Assembly: GCA_038874355.1 (NCBI GenBank)
Contig: JAVZCO010000001.1
Span: 231,637 to 295,636, forward strand
DNA from: Candidatus Pacearchaeota archaeon
GTDB lineage: Archaea; Nanobdellota; Nanobdellia; Pacearchaeales; GW2011-AR1
DNA length: 64,000 bases
Direction: 5' to 3'
The notes beneath the pieces were generated by a model. The model saw only the letters and a program-made list of their open reading frames with translations, ran no database searches and was not told the origin of the DNA. Position numbers and translations under genes: made by a program. Within the stretch, counting starts at the first letter, position 1; each line of letters opens with the position of its first letter. This document shows positions 40,826 through 50,184 of the stretch, in pieces.

Positions 40826-41400
40826 TGAAAAATAGAATTATAAGAAAAATAATTCATATATTGTTTGGGATAAATATTATTTTATTATTTTATATGAATA
40901 TATTAACAACAAGAATTCTTTTTTATTTTCTTTTATTAAGTATTTTTTTATCTATTTTGAGTTTAAAAATAGATATTCCTATTGTAAAAAAATTAATTAT
41001 TCATTATAAAAAAGAAAATGAAATGCCTCCTGGAAGAGGCTTTATTTTTTTCTTATTTGGTAGTTTACTTGTTTTGAAACTATTTGAAAAAGACATAGCT
41101 TTAGCTTCTATTACTATATTAACTTTCTCTGATTCTTTTGCATGTATTTTTGGTTCTTTATTTGGAAAAATTAAAATATTAAATGAAAATAAGACAATAG
41201 AAGGAACCATTTTAGGTATAATAATAGGAACAATATTAGCATCTTTTTTTGTTAATTTTATAGAATCTTTTTTGGCGTGTTCTATTGCTATGTTAGGAGA
41301 ACATTTAGAATTTAAAATATCTAAAAACACTATAGATGATAATTTAATTATTCCTTTAATTTCTGGAACAACAATTTATATATTAAGGTTATTAGTATAA
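40825..41400 (+). CDS. Dolichol/phytol kinase-like (SEC59/cytidylyltransferase family) membrane protein
   Basis: RKIIH, D.FA..FG..FGK, KTIEG, DDNLIIP. Confidence 0.85.
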   Translation: MKNRIIRKIIHILFGINIILLFYMNILTTRILFYFLLLSIFLSILSLKIDIPIVKKLIIHYKKENEMPPGRGFIFFLFGSLLVLKLFEKDIALASITILTFSDSFACIFGSLFGKIKILNENKTIEGTILGIIIGTILASFFVNFIESFLACSIAMLGEHLEFKISKNTIDDNLIIPLISGTTIYILRLLV

Positions 41401-41476
41401 AAATTAAAAATATTATTTAATATTATAACTGCCTTATTTTTTATCTTTTAAATTTTTATAAATTATTAATATTTTA

Positions 41477-41556
41477 CGCCGCCGCCCGGAGTCGAACCGG
41501 GATGCCCGAAGGGCCCTGCTCTCAAGGCAGGTGGAGTACCGTTGTCCCACGGCGGC
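41477..41556 (-). tRNA. tRNA-Ser(TGA), no intron, CCA not encoded
   Basis: Reverse complement GCCGCCG TG GGA..TCC A CCTGC CT TGA GA GCAGG, variable arm GCCC TTC GGGC, CCCGG TTCGACT CCGGG CGGCGGC G; G discriminator. Confidence 0.95.
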
Positions 41557-41669
41557 ATATTTTTTAATTTATTTTTATATTTTTATATTTTTCTCTTAAA
41601 TATGGAATAAATTTAATTAGAATTAAAATTAAGAAATTGTTCGGATATTTATAAAAAAATAAAAAAACT

Positions 41670-41957
41670 TTATCCGAACAAAGCTGCCAATCCCTCTGCC
41701 GCTTCTTCTGGCTTTACTTCTTCTTTTTCTTCTTTCTCTTCTTTTTTAATTTCTTGTTGTGAGGTTGCTGTTGTGGTTACGAAACTTGCAGATTCTAATT
41801 CTTTGTCAATATCTACCCCTTTTAAAGATGCAACTATTGCTTTAATTTTTGATTCATCAATCTCCCCACCAGCTGCTTCAATAATTTTTTTTAAATTATT
41901 TTCATCTATAGGTTTTCCAAGTTTATGCAAAAGTAAAGCCGCATATATATATTCCAT
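41670..41957 (-). CDS. rpl12: Ribosomal stalk protein aP1 (L12p)
   Basis: MEYIYAALLLH...AAEGLAALFG. Confidence 0.97.
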   Translation of the reverse strand: MEYIYAALLLHKLGKPIDENNLKKIIEAAGGEIDESKIKAIVASLKGVDIDKELESASFVTTTATSQQEIKKEEKEEKEEVKPEEAAEGLAALFG

Positions 41958-41967
41958 TTTTTATCAT

Positions 41968-42735
41968 TTATTTAATTAATTTATTTAAAATATCAAAATG
42001 TGATTTTGCTTTAGCTAATAAATACTTTATATTTTCTTTGCATATATAATTTATCTTTATTGATAAAGTTAACGATTTAGATTTATTTGTTATCAATTTT
42101 TCTATGATATCTTTTCTACTAAAGTTAAGATTATTATAAATTTTATTTTCTTTTTTATAATAAGCTGCAATTGGTTTCAATCCAACATAAAATGGTTTTA
42201 TATCTAGTTTCGACATTAGTCCAGCTTTTTCTTCTGTTATTATTTCATTTTTTTTTACTATTAAACTTCTTTCTTTTATAGATATCTTTCCATCTTCTAT
42301 AACAAATTTTATTTTTAAAGAATTTAATTCAGAGATAACAGGTCCAGGGACTAAATCTGTTGGTCCAGCTTCAGCATAAATATCCTCTTCTGCAATTTGT
42401 CCTACTTTAGCTTTTACAGGATTCTTTTTTTCACTAAGTTCTATAGACAAATCAAAAGGATCTTCATTAGAAAATATTATAACACTATTTTCTTCTATAA
42501 AATCTTTCAATTTTTCTAGATTTTTGTCCTCGAAAGCCATAAACATAATTTTCTTTTTTATAACCTTAATTATTGCTTTTTCTCTCATATCTTTTTTTAT
42601 TTGTTGTAGCTGTTTATCTGGTAAACTTTTAGTAGAAGCAATTAAAATAGTATTATATTTTTTTTCTAATTCCTTTAGTTCATTAAGTAATTTTACTTTT
42701 TTTTCATTAACTTTTTTAATTTTTTTTCGTTCCAT
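41968..42735 (-). CDS. rpl10: 50S ribosomal protein uL10 (P0), lacking acidic C-terminal tail
   Basis: AKVGQIA, AGPTDLVPGP, L.KLDIKP; between rpl1 and rpl12. Confidence 0.93.
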   Translation of the reverse strand: MERKKIKKVNEKKVKLLNELKELEKKYNTILIASTKSLPDKQLQQIKKDMREKAIIKVIKKKIMFMAFEDKNLEKLKDFIEENSVIIFSNEDPFDLSIELSEKKNPVKAKVGQIAEEDIYAEAGPTDLVPGPVISELNSLKIKFVIEDGKISIKERSLIVKKNEIITEEKAGLMSKLDIKPFYVGLKPIAAYYKKENKIYNNLNFSRKDIIEKLITNKSKSLTLSIKINYICKENIKYLLAKAKSHFDILNKLIK

Positions 42736-42736
42736 T

Positions 42737-43357
42737 TTATAATTTTATAGGCTTACTCATTGTTAATTTAATTAAAATATTTTTTATATTTTGTTCTTTT
42801 TTTGGCAAAATTTCTTTAATAACATTTATTGCTTTTATTATATTTTCTGCTATTTCTTCATCTTTCATACTTCTTTTTCCTACAACAAATTTTAAACTTG
42901 GTTCTTTACTTTTTATTCTAACAGATCTTTCCATCAAAGATAAAATCTTTTTTATTTCCTCTTCTGTTTCGTTAGTAGTTATTCCTAATTGAGGTGAAGG
43001 CATTTTTCCAGCTTGCCCTAAAAATTTTCCAAGTTTTGTAGCTACTAAAGGCATTAAATTATTGCTAACAATGAAAAAATCATAACTTTTTACAAGTTTT
43101 TTTATAATTTTTTTATCATTATACTTATTCAAATCTTCTTTAGTTATACTATCTATAATAGATGTTTTTTTGTTTAATATTGCAAAAACTTTAGGCTTTT
43201 TTATAGCATAAGGAAAATTTATTATAATATTAATGCTATCTTTTTTTACATCAAAATTTTTTAAATTTATAATTAAATCAACACTCTCATCAAATTTTCT
43301 TTCTTTCGCTTCTTTTTTTAGAGTCTTAATTATTTCTAAAATTCTATCTTTATTCAT
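42737..43357 (-). CDS. rpl1: 50S ribosomal protein uL1
   Basis: RKFDESVDLIINLK, LG..GKMP, VG..SM, KLTMSKP. Confidence 0.95.
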   Translation of the reverse strand: MNKDRILEIIKTLKKEAKERKFDESVDLIINLKNFDVKKDSINIIINFPYAIKKPKVFAILNKKTSIIDSITKEDLNKYNDKKIIKKLVKSYDFFIVSNNLMPLVATKLGKFLGQAGKMPSPQLGITTNETEEEIKKILSLMERSVRIKSKEPSLKFVVGKRSMKDEEIAENIIKAINVIKEILPKKEQNIKNILIKLTMSKPIKL

Positions 43358-43415
43358 TTTTATTTTTTTATTAATTTATCTACTACCAACGCGCCTTCGC
43401 CAGAAAATTAGCTTC

Positions 43416-43451
43416 GGCGATGTAGTTAGATATGGCGATGTAGTTAGATAT
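43416..43451. repeat. Perfect 2 x 18-bp tandem repeat (GGCGATGTAGTTAGATAT) in rpl1 upstream region
   Basis: 43416-43433 equals 43434-43451. Confidence 0.95.
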
Positions 43452-43599
43452 TTTTATATCTATTTTATTGATTTATAAATTTATTGTTTTTTAAATTTTT
43501 TATTTTTCATAATAATGGAAATTAAAAATAAAATTAAAATAATAAAATTATTAATTTTAAATATAAATATCTTTATAAATTAAGAATTTATTTATTTTT

Positions 43600-43950
43600 A
43601 TGGAATTTGTAGCTTTATTATCTTCAGGACAGGGAAGTTGGGGCCAAGTTGCTGGTTTAATAAACAGAGGAGAATGGGATAATATAATTTTGTTAGGTTC
43701 AAGTTTTGCGGAAAAGTTTTCTTGTGAAAAAAAACATGATTTTATTAAAATAAATATGAATCAAGGAATTATGAATTTAAAAGAAGAAATGCAAAGTAAA
43801 TTAAAAGATAAAATAAAGGGAACAGAAGTTGCTTTATCTATTGCTTCAGGTGAAGGGAAAGAACATATGGCTTTAATTTCTGCTTTATTATCTTTACCAG
43901 TTGGGGTGCGATTTGTTGTATTAACTAAAGAAGGAATTGTTTGGTTATAA
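43600..43950 (+). CDS. Hypothetical protein, possible CARF-like Rossmann fold
   Basis: Alternating beta/alpha pattern; LSSGQGSW and VALSIASGEGKEHMAL; TATA 28 nt upstream. Confidence 0.6.
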   Translation: MEFVALLSSGQGSWGQVAGLINRGEWDNIILLGSSFAEKFSCEKKHDFIKINMNQGIMNLKEEMQSKLKDKIKGTEVALSIASGEGKEHMALISALLSLPVGVRFVVLTKEGIVWL

Positions 43951-44109
43951 TAATAGTAAAATATATTATCATTTAAAGTTAAAAAAAGAAAAGAAAAAAA
44001 GAATTTAAAAAATTTATTATATTGAATTGCAAAGACGTAATATTTTATTTTCTCTCTAATTAAATAGCCTATCTTATTTATTTTATACTCTTATCCAAAC
44101 AATAATAAG

Positions 44110-45093
44110 TCAAAATTCATGAGGTTTAATTTTCATTTCTTTTTTGCTTCTTCCTATTAAAACAACTCTTGATTCTTTTTTTTCGTCGAGAATTTTGTAT
44201 TTTGGTTTTAATTCTTTTTCAAGAAGTTTTGCAAAACGTTTTATTTCTTTATGAGAAGGCATTGTTTCATAACCTAATCTTTTTCTTGCATAACCAACGG
44301 ACATATAACCTTTTACTTCTATAAACATTGGACTAGCTTTTTTTATTAATTTTACATATTCTTTTATTTGTTCATCTTTCATATTTAAATTTTTAACAAG
44401 TGTCATTCTTAACACCGTTCTTTGTCCTTTTTTTGTTAATCTATTCATTATTTCTAAGCTTTTGTTAAATTTTTCCCATGCATTTTTTTCTAAAGAATTA
44501 TGCCATTTTTTATAAATTTCTTTATTAGGTGTATTTAAAGAAATGTATAATTGTGTTGGTAGAGCATTTTTTCTTTCTAATTCTAATATTTTTTTAGGAT
44601 TTAAACCATTCGTGACTAAAAAAGAAGTTTTCCCTTCTTTTTTTAATTCTTTTATTAATTCTGAAATATAAGGGTAAATAGTTGGTTCCCCACTAAGAGA
44701 TATAGCAAAATGTTTTGGATTTTGTGCTTCTTCAAATTTTTTAAAATTTACTCTTTTATTTCCTTTAAAGCCAGATAGCAATTTTCTTTGTTGTTTTATA
44801 CTTTCTTCTATAATCTCTTTTGGTTTCTTAACTTCAGACTTTTTTAATTTTTTTCCTAAGTTGTATTCTATAGCACGCCAACAATGTAAACATTTATTTT
44901 GACACCACATAACTGCAGGAGACATTTGACAACATAAATGTGATTTTATTCCATAAAATTTTTCTTTGTAACAAACATTTTTTCCTAATAAAGATTTTTT
45001 TGTCCATCTACATATTTGAATTCCACAACTATCATAGAATATAGCATAATGTTGTTTTTTTAAAATTTTTAAAATTTTTTTAGGAATCTGCAT
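44110..45093 (-). CDS. taw1: tRNA 4-demethylwyosine synthase Taw1/TYW1 (radical SAM)
   Basis: C.WTK, CYK.KFYGI.SH.C, CQNKCLHCWR, AISLSGEPT, EVKGYM.VG. Confidence 0.95.
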   Translation of the reverse strand: MQIPKKILKILKKQHYAIFYDSCGIQICRWTKKSLLGKNVCYKEKFYGIKSHLCCQMSPAVMWCQNKCLHCWRAIEYNLGKKLKKSEVKKPKEIIEESIKQQRKLLSGFKGNKRVNFKKFEEAQNPKHFAISLSGEPTIYPYISELIKELKKEGKTSFLVTNGLNPKKILELERKNALPTQLYISLNTPNKEIYKKWHNSLEKNAWEKFNKSLEIMNRLTKKGQRTVLRMTLVKNLNMKDEQIKEYVKLIKKASPMFIEVKGYMSVGYARKRLGYETMPSHKEIKRFAKLLEKELKPKYKILDEKKESRVVLIGRSKKEMKIKPHEF

Positions 45094-45162
45094 ATAAAAT
45101 TAAAAAATTAATAACATATAAATTTAACTAAAAAAAATAAAAAAATAGAAAATTAAAAAATT

Positions 45163-45204
45163 TTATTTCTTTTTCTTTTTCGCTTTTTTCTTTTTTGCTG
45201 CCAT
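45163..45204 (-). CDS. Putative 13-aa lysine-rich micropeptide MAAKKKKAKKKKK
   Basis: ATG GCA GCA AAA AAG...TAA preceded by AGAGGT 5 nt upstream, in an otherwise A/T-dominated intergenic gap. Confidence 0.5.
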   Translation of the reverse strand: MAAKKKKAKKKKK

Positions 45205-45337
45205 TTTTTACCTCTTTTTTGTTTTTTATTAAAAAAATAAACATTCTATTCTTTAAATATTTTTTGTTTTTTATTATTTTATTTGTATCTTTTTAATTTT
45301 TCATTATCTTATATTCCGTCGATAAAAATTTTTAATT

Positions 45338-46720
45338 TTATTTAAAAAAAGAAATAAAAAACCAAATAAAAGTGATTACTAAAAAAATAAAAAGTATTAA
45401 AGAACTTACGATTTTATAGAATTTTTCTGCAAATTTTTTTGATTTTGTTAGAATTAAAATACTAACATAAAAAAACCTACCACCATCTAATACAGAACAA
45501 GGAACCATATTAAAAAAAGCCATTCCAATATTTATTAAAATTATCCAAAATAATAAATTCTTTATAAATAAAATTAGATTATGAGCAAATTTTGGTTTAT
45601 AATCAATAAATGGAATTAAACTATAAATTATTTTAGAAATAAAATTAGATTTTATTTGGTAAGATGATATACCAATATAAGGTTTTGTACTATTTAAAGG
45701 ATGGTTTGCTAAAATTATCTCATAGTCTTCTATAGTATTATTATATAAAGTTTTTATTTTTATTTTTTCTCCAGGAGAATAATTTTTCAAAATTTTTTCT
45801 AATTCTTTAGAATCTTTTATTTTTTCTCCATTTATCTCAATAATATAACCTCTCAATTTATTTTTTAAAGCAGGACTATCTTCTAAAACAGGAATAATAG
45901 AAATATTATTTTCTAATATTTTTTTTAATGTAGAATTATCTATAAAATAACTTTTGTTATTTGCTTTTATTTCTATTAATTCTAGATTATCAATAATAAA
46001 TGTATTATTTGTTATTTTATCTATTGAAGAAACATTTATATAAGAACCGCCATAACCCGTTATTGTTGCCCCCATTGGAGTAAATGTTAAGTGTATAAAA
46101 ATTACAGAAATAAAAATAAAAAAAATTCCTACAATAAGGTTAGCAAAAGTTCCTGCAGCTGTTGCAGCCAATTGTTTACTATTTTTCATTTTTTTAATAT
46201 CTTTTTCTTCTGGATCTACAAAAGCAGCTAAAAAAGGACCTAAAAAAGCAAATCCCGTAGATTTTATTCTAACATTTTCTTTTTTGAAGAATATTCCATG
46301 AAAAAATTCATGACTTATAGAAGCTATTGCAATTATTATTATCCAATATGTAAAATAAAATGGAGGTAATATTTGAATTTTAAAAATTTCTGTAAAATAA
46401 GGTACTAGAGGAAAGATAGGAGGAGCTTTTACTAAATTTGTATATGTTTCTGGAGAAAAAATAAAAATTTTTAAAATAGTATAAATTAAATATATTCCAA
46501 TAATCATCAGTATAAAACCACTTATTATTATTATTTTTTCCAACGGATTTAAAATTTTTTCTTTTTTTGATATCTTATTTATTAGCTTTATGCCAAATTT
46601 TGTTCTATAAAGAATGAAAGGTTTTTCGAATTTTATCTTTTTTCTTTTTTTATAAAGAAAAATAGAAAAAAAAATTACGAAAAGGAAAAAGAATAACCCA
46701 TCATAAAAATAAAAATTCAT
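45338..46720 (-). CDS. Site-2 protease (M50) with PDZ domain
   Basis: HEFFH (HExxH), AFVDP, AG..AN, PDZ-like insert, NMVPCSVLDGG. Confidence 0.92.
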   Translation of the reverse strand: MNFYFYDGLFFFLFVIFFSIFLYKKRKKIKFEKPFILYRTKFGIKLINKISKKEKILNPLEKIIIISGFILMIIGIYLIYTILKIFIFSPETYTNLVKAPPIFPLVPYFTEIFKIQILPPFYFTYWIIIIAIASISHEFFHGIFFKKENVRIKSTGFAFLGPFLAAFVDPEEKDIKKMKNSKQLAATAAGTFANLIVGIFFIFISVIFIHLTFTPMGATITGYGGSYINVSSIDKITNNTFIIDNLELIEIKANNKSYFIDNSTLKKILENNISIIPVLEDSPALKNKLRGYIIEINGEKIKDSKELEKILKNYSPGEKIKIKTLYNNTIEDYEIILANHPLNSTKPYIGISSYQIKSNFISKIIYSLIPFIDYKPKFAHNLILFIKNLLFWIILINIGMAFFNMVPCSVLDGGRFFYVSILILTKSKKFAEKFYKIVSSLILFIFLVITFIWFFISFFK

Positions 46721-46732
46721 TTTATTTTTAAT

Positions 46733-46897
46733 TTATTTTTTTCTTATTTGTCTAAAATTTTTTTTCCCACACCTTCTACATTTAACTTTTTTTTCTATTA
46801 TTTTTTTCGGATCGGCTCTTATTTTTGCAGAACAGTTTTTGCAAATAAAAACATTTTTAAATAACCTTATTTGTGCAGCCTGTATTTTTGTTGCCAT
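46733..46897 (-). CDS. rpl40e: 50S ribosomal protein eL40 (54 aa)
   Basis: Manually translated MATKIQAAQIRLFKNVFICKNCSAKIRAD...KCRRCGKKNFRQIRKK*; absent from ORF track. Confidence 0.85.
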   Translation of the reverse strand: MATKIQAAQIRLFKNVFICKNCSAKIRADPKKIIEKKVKCRRCGKKNFRQIRKK

Positions 46898-46898
46898 T

Positions 46899-47291
46899 TT
46901 ATAATTTTCTTTTTATTATTTTACCACATCCCTCTACATCCCAATATTCAACATTATCATTTTCTTTTATATCTTGTTTTAAAGATTCGTCTATTAAAAT
47001 ATCAAAAGTTTCAAATGTTTCTAAATCCATTATACTTGCTTTATTTCCATATAAAGATAAAACTTGTGCTCTAACTTTTTTTATCATTGGAACTTCATAT
47101 CTCTCATGTCCAGAAGCTGCAATAATTTTCTTTTTTCCATCAAAAATATTTATTGCTTCTATTCTAGCTTTTGCTGCTCCATGTTTTCCAGTTTTACTTA
47201 TATCTATACTTTTTACAATACAAGGTTCTTTATCTATCATTATTATATTACCTTCTTTAACATTAGTGGCATCTATAAGTCTTAGTGGCAT
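46899..47291 (-). CDS. eif5a: Translation factor aIF5A (eIF5A)
   Basis: SKTGKHGAAKAR hypusine loop; MDLETFETF; ATG at 47291 preferred. Confidence 0.95.
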   Translation of the reverse strand: MPLRLIDATNVKEGNIIMIDKEPCIVKSIDISKTGKHGAAKARIEAINIFDGKKKIIAASGHERYEVPMIKKVRAQVLSLYGNKASIMDLETFETFDILIDESLKQDIKENDNVEYWDVEGCGKIIKRKL

Positions 47292-47345
47292 ATAAGTTCT
47301 TAAAAAAATAAGTTTATAAAGTTTGCTAGAATTCAAAAAAATAAG

Positions 47346-47966
47346 ATGGTATTAAAAAAAGGAGATTTTATTGAAATAGAATTTTTAGGAAAAACAGAAG
47401 ATGGGGAAATATTTGATACAAATATTAAAGAAGAATTAAAAAAAATGAATATAGATTCAGAAAGAAAAACAATCATTTGTATAGGAGAAGGAATGATATT
47501 AAAATCAATAGATAATTTTTTATTAGGAAAAGATTTAGGAGAATATATCTTAAAATTAAAACCAGAAGAAGCATTTGGTTTGAGAAAAAAAGAATTAATA
47601 AAGTTAATGCCTATTTCTGTTTTTAAAAATTCAAAAGAAAAATTGCAACCAGGAATGATTTTTTCTTTTGATAATATTTTAGGAAAAATAATTTCTATAA
47701 GTGGAGGAAGGGTATTAGTTGATTTTAATAATCCTCTTGCAGGAAAAAATATTATTTATGAAATAAATATAAAATCAAAAATTGAAGATATAAATGAAAA
47801 AATAAAAGCATTAATGAATTATTTTTTTAAAAGAGAATTTGAATATGAAATTAAAGATAAAAAATTAATCATTGAAGCAGAAAAAAATTTTTTCAGTTTT
47901 ATTAATTTATTTAAAGATAATTTTAAGAGAATTCTTGATTTAGAAATAGAAATTAAAGAAAAATAA
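47346..47966 (+). CDS. slyD: FKBP-type peptidyl-prolyl isomerase (SlyD-like)
   Basis: GDFIEIEF.G, FDT, PEEAFG.R, VDFNNPLAGK. Confidence 0.9.
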   Translation: MVLKKGDFIEIEFLGKTEDGEIFDTNIKEELKKMNIDSERKTIICIGEGMILKSIDNFLLGKDLGEYILKLKPEEAFGLRKKELIKLMPISVFKNSKEKLQPGMIFSFDNILGKIISISGGRVLVDFNNPLAGKNIIYEINIKSKIEDINEKIKALMNYFFKREFEYEIKDKKLIIEAEKNFFSFINLFKDNFKRILDLEIEIKEK

Positions 47967-48039
47967 AGAAGAAAAATAAATTTTTTTACATTAATTATAA
48001 AATATAAAACTTTATAAACTAATTACATTTATTTTTATT

Positions 48040-49134
48040 ATGGCAGCAGAATTGCATATGCTAAATAACGAACTTTCTGAAATTGATAGAGAATTAGAAG
48101 AATTATTAAAGAACCAAGTTTCTAGAATAAAAGTATTTGGTATTGGTGGTGGTGGAGGTAATACTATAACAAGAATGAAAGAAATAGGTATAAAAGGATG
48201 TGAAATGATTGCTGTAAATACAGATGCTCAAGATTTGCTTTATACTAATGCTGATTATAAAATACTAATAGGAAGAGAATTAACAAGAGGATTGGGTGCG
48301 GGTAGTAATCCTAAGATAGGAGAAGAAGCAGCAAAAGAATCAGAACATGAAATAAAGAAAAAATTATCAAATACAGATTTAATTTTTATCACTTGCGGTT
48401 TAGGTGGTGGTACAGGAACTGGTGCAGCTCCAGTTATTGCAGAAATGGCAAAAAAACAAGGAGCTTTAGTAATAGGAGTTGTTACATTCCCATTTACAAT
48501 AGAAGGAAGAAAAAGAATTGAAAATGCAAATTATGGTTTAGAGAAATTAGAGGATTGTGTTGATACATTGATAATAATACCAAATGATAAATTATTAGAA
48601 TTAGCTCCAGAATTACCTTTACAAACCGCTTTTAAAGTAGCAGACGAAATATTGACTAATGCTGTAAAAGGAATAGCAGAATTAATAACAAAAGCCGGAC
48701 TTGTGAACTTAGATTTTGCAGATGTTAAAGCAGTTATGACTAACGGAGGTGTTTCTTTAATTGGTATGGGGGAATCAGATTCACAAGAGAGAGCGGAAGA
48801 AGCTGTAGAAAAAGCGTTAGAAAATCCTTTATTAGATGTAGATATAACAAATGCTACAGGAGCTTTAGTAAATATAGTGGGTGGTCCAGATCTAAGTTTA
48901 GAAGAAGCAAAACTAATAATAGAAAAAGTTGGTTCTAAATTAGATCCAGAAGCAAAATTAATATGGGGTGCTCAAATTAGTGAAGATATGGAAAAAGCAA
49001 TAAGAGTTATGATTATTGTTACAGGAGTTAAATCAAGCCAGATAGTTGGAAAAGAATTATCAAAAACAAAAAAAGAATTAGAAAGTATGGAAGATGAATT
49101 TGGTATAGAATTTTTTGAAGAAAAAAATTTATAA
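48040..49134 (+). CDS. ftsZ: Cell division protein FtsZ
   Basis: GGGGGN, NTDAQ, GLGGGTGTG, NLDFADV. Confidence 0.98.
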   Translation: MAAELHMLNNELSEIDRELEELLKNQVSRIKVFGIGGGGGNTITRMKEIGIKGCEMIAVNTDAQDLLYTNADYKILIGRELTRGLGAGSNPKIGEEAAKESEHEIKKKLSNTDLIFITCGLGGGTGTGAAPVIAEMAKKQGALVIGVVTFPFTIEGRKRIENANYGLEKLEDCVDTLIIIPNDKLLELAPELPLQTAFKVADEILTNAVKGIAELITKAGLVNLDFADVKAVMTNGGVSLIGMGESDSQERAEEAVEKALENPLLDVDITNATGALVNIVGGPDLSLEEAKLIIEKVGSKLDPEAKLIWGAQISEDMEKAIRVMIIVTGVKSSQIVGKELSKTKKELESMEDEFGIEFFEEKNL

Positions 49135-49176
49135 TTTTTTAGTTAAATTTATATTCTCAAATTTTCTTTATTATTT

Positions 49177-50184
49177 ATGGAAAAAGAGGCATTGTTTTAT
49201 AATAAAATTTCTAAAAAAATTGTACAATGTAGATTATGTCCTAATTATTGTACTTTAAATGAAGGAGAGAAAGGAAAGTGTAATGTAAGAATTAATAAAA
49301 ATGGAAAATTAATCTCCTTAGTTTATGAGAGACCATGCTCATTAGCTATAGATCCTATAGAAAAAAAACCATTATTCCATTTTTTACCAGGGAAAAAAAC
49401 TTTAAGTATAGCTACATTTGGTTGTAATTTAAAATGTAAACATTGCCAAAATTATGAAATTTCACAATTAACTAATAACGTAATAAGTTTTAAAGTTAAA
49501 GTAAAAGATGTAGTAAAATATGCAATAAAGAATAAATCAAAAATAATTTCTTATACTTATACTGAACCAACGATATTTTATGAATATATGTTAGATATAT
49601 GTAAAGAAGCAAATAAATCCAAATTAAGGAATGTTACAGTAACAAATGGTTACATCAATAAAGAACCTTTGTTAAAATTATGTAAATATATTGATGCATC
49701 AAATATTGATATAAAAAGTATAAAAAATGAATTTTATGAGACTATTTGTAATGCAAAATTGAACCCTATTTTAGAATCTATAAAGTTAATGAAAAAAGAA
49801 GGCGTTTGGATAGAATTAACTAATCTTATTATTCCTGGATTTAATGATTCTGATGAAGAAATTTTTAAATTATCTTCATGGGTTTTAAGCAATTTAGGTG
49901 ACGAAGTTCCTCTACATTTTTCGGCTTTTTTTCCAAATTATGAGATGCTAAATATTAGACCGACTCCAAAAGAAAAAGTAATAAGAGCTAGAGAAATAGC
50001 CTTATCTTTAGGATTAAAATATGTATACACAGGAAATATAAACTTTGAAGAAGGAGAAACAACATATTGTCCTGATTGTAAAAAACCTTTAATAATAAGA
50101 AGAAGATATAATATAATAGAGAATAAAATTAAGAGAGGAAAATGTCCTTTTTGCAAAAGAGAAATTGCTGGTATTTGGGATTAA
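49177..50184 (+). CDS. amrS: AmmeMemoRadiSam system radical SAM enzyme
   Basis: C.LCP..C, DPIEKKPLFHF, GCNLKCKHCQN, YTYTEP, YVYTGN, C-terminal CPxC pairs. Confidence 0.9.
   Translation: MEKEALFYNKISKKIVQCRLCPNYCTLNEGEKGKCNVRINKNGKLISLVYERPCSLAIDPIEKKPLFHFLPGKKTLSIATFGCNLKCKHCQNYEISQLTNNVISFKVKVKDVVKYAIKNKSKIISYTYTEPTIFYEYMLDICKEANKSKLRNVTVTNGYINKEPLLKLCKYIDASNIDIKSIKNEFYETICNAKLNPILESIKLMKKEGVWIELTNLIIPGFNDSDEEIFKLSSWVLSNLGDEVPLHFSAFFPNYEMLNIRPTPKEKVIRAREIALSLGLKYVYTGNINFEEGETTYCPDCKKPLIIRRRYNIIENKIKRGKCPFCKREIAGIWD

Noticed and set aside
41477..41556. tRNA-Sec or tRNA-Leu identity
   Set aside because: Anticodon on the coding strand is TGA with a 7-bp acceptor stem and G discriminator, i.e. 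Ser; TCA appears only on the opposite strand
41400..41670. tRNA-Ser as an integration site
   Set aside because: No integrase and no duplicated tRNA 3' end noticed; flanks are housekeeping genes
43233..43478. 81-aa ORF containing GDVVRY twice
   Set aside because: Antisense to rpl1; the peptide repeat only reflects the 18-bp DNA tandem
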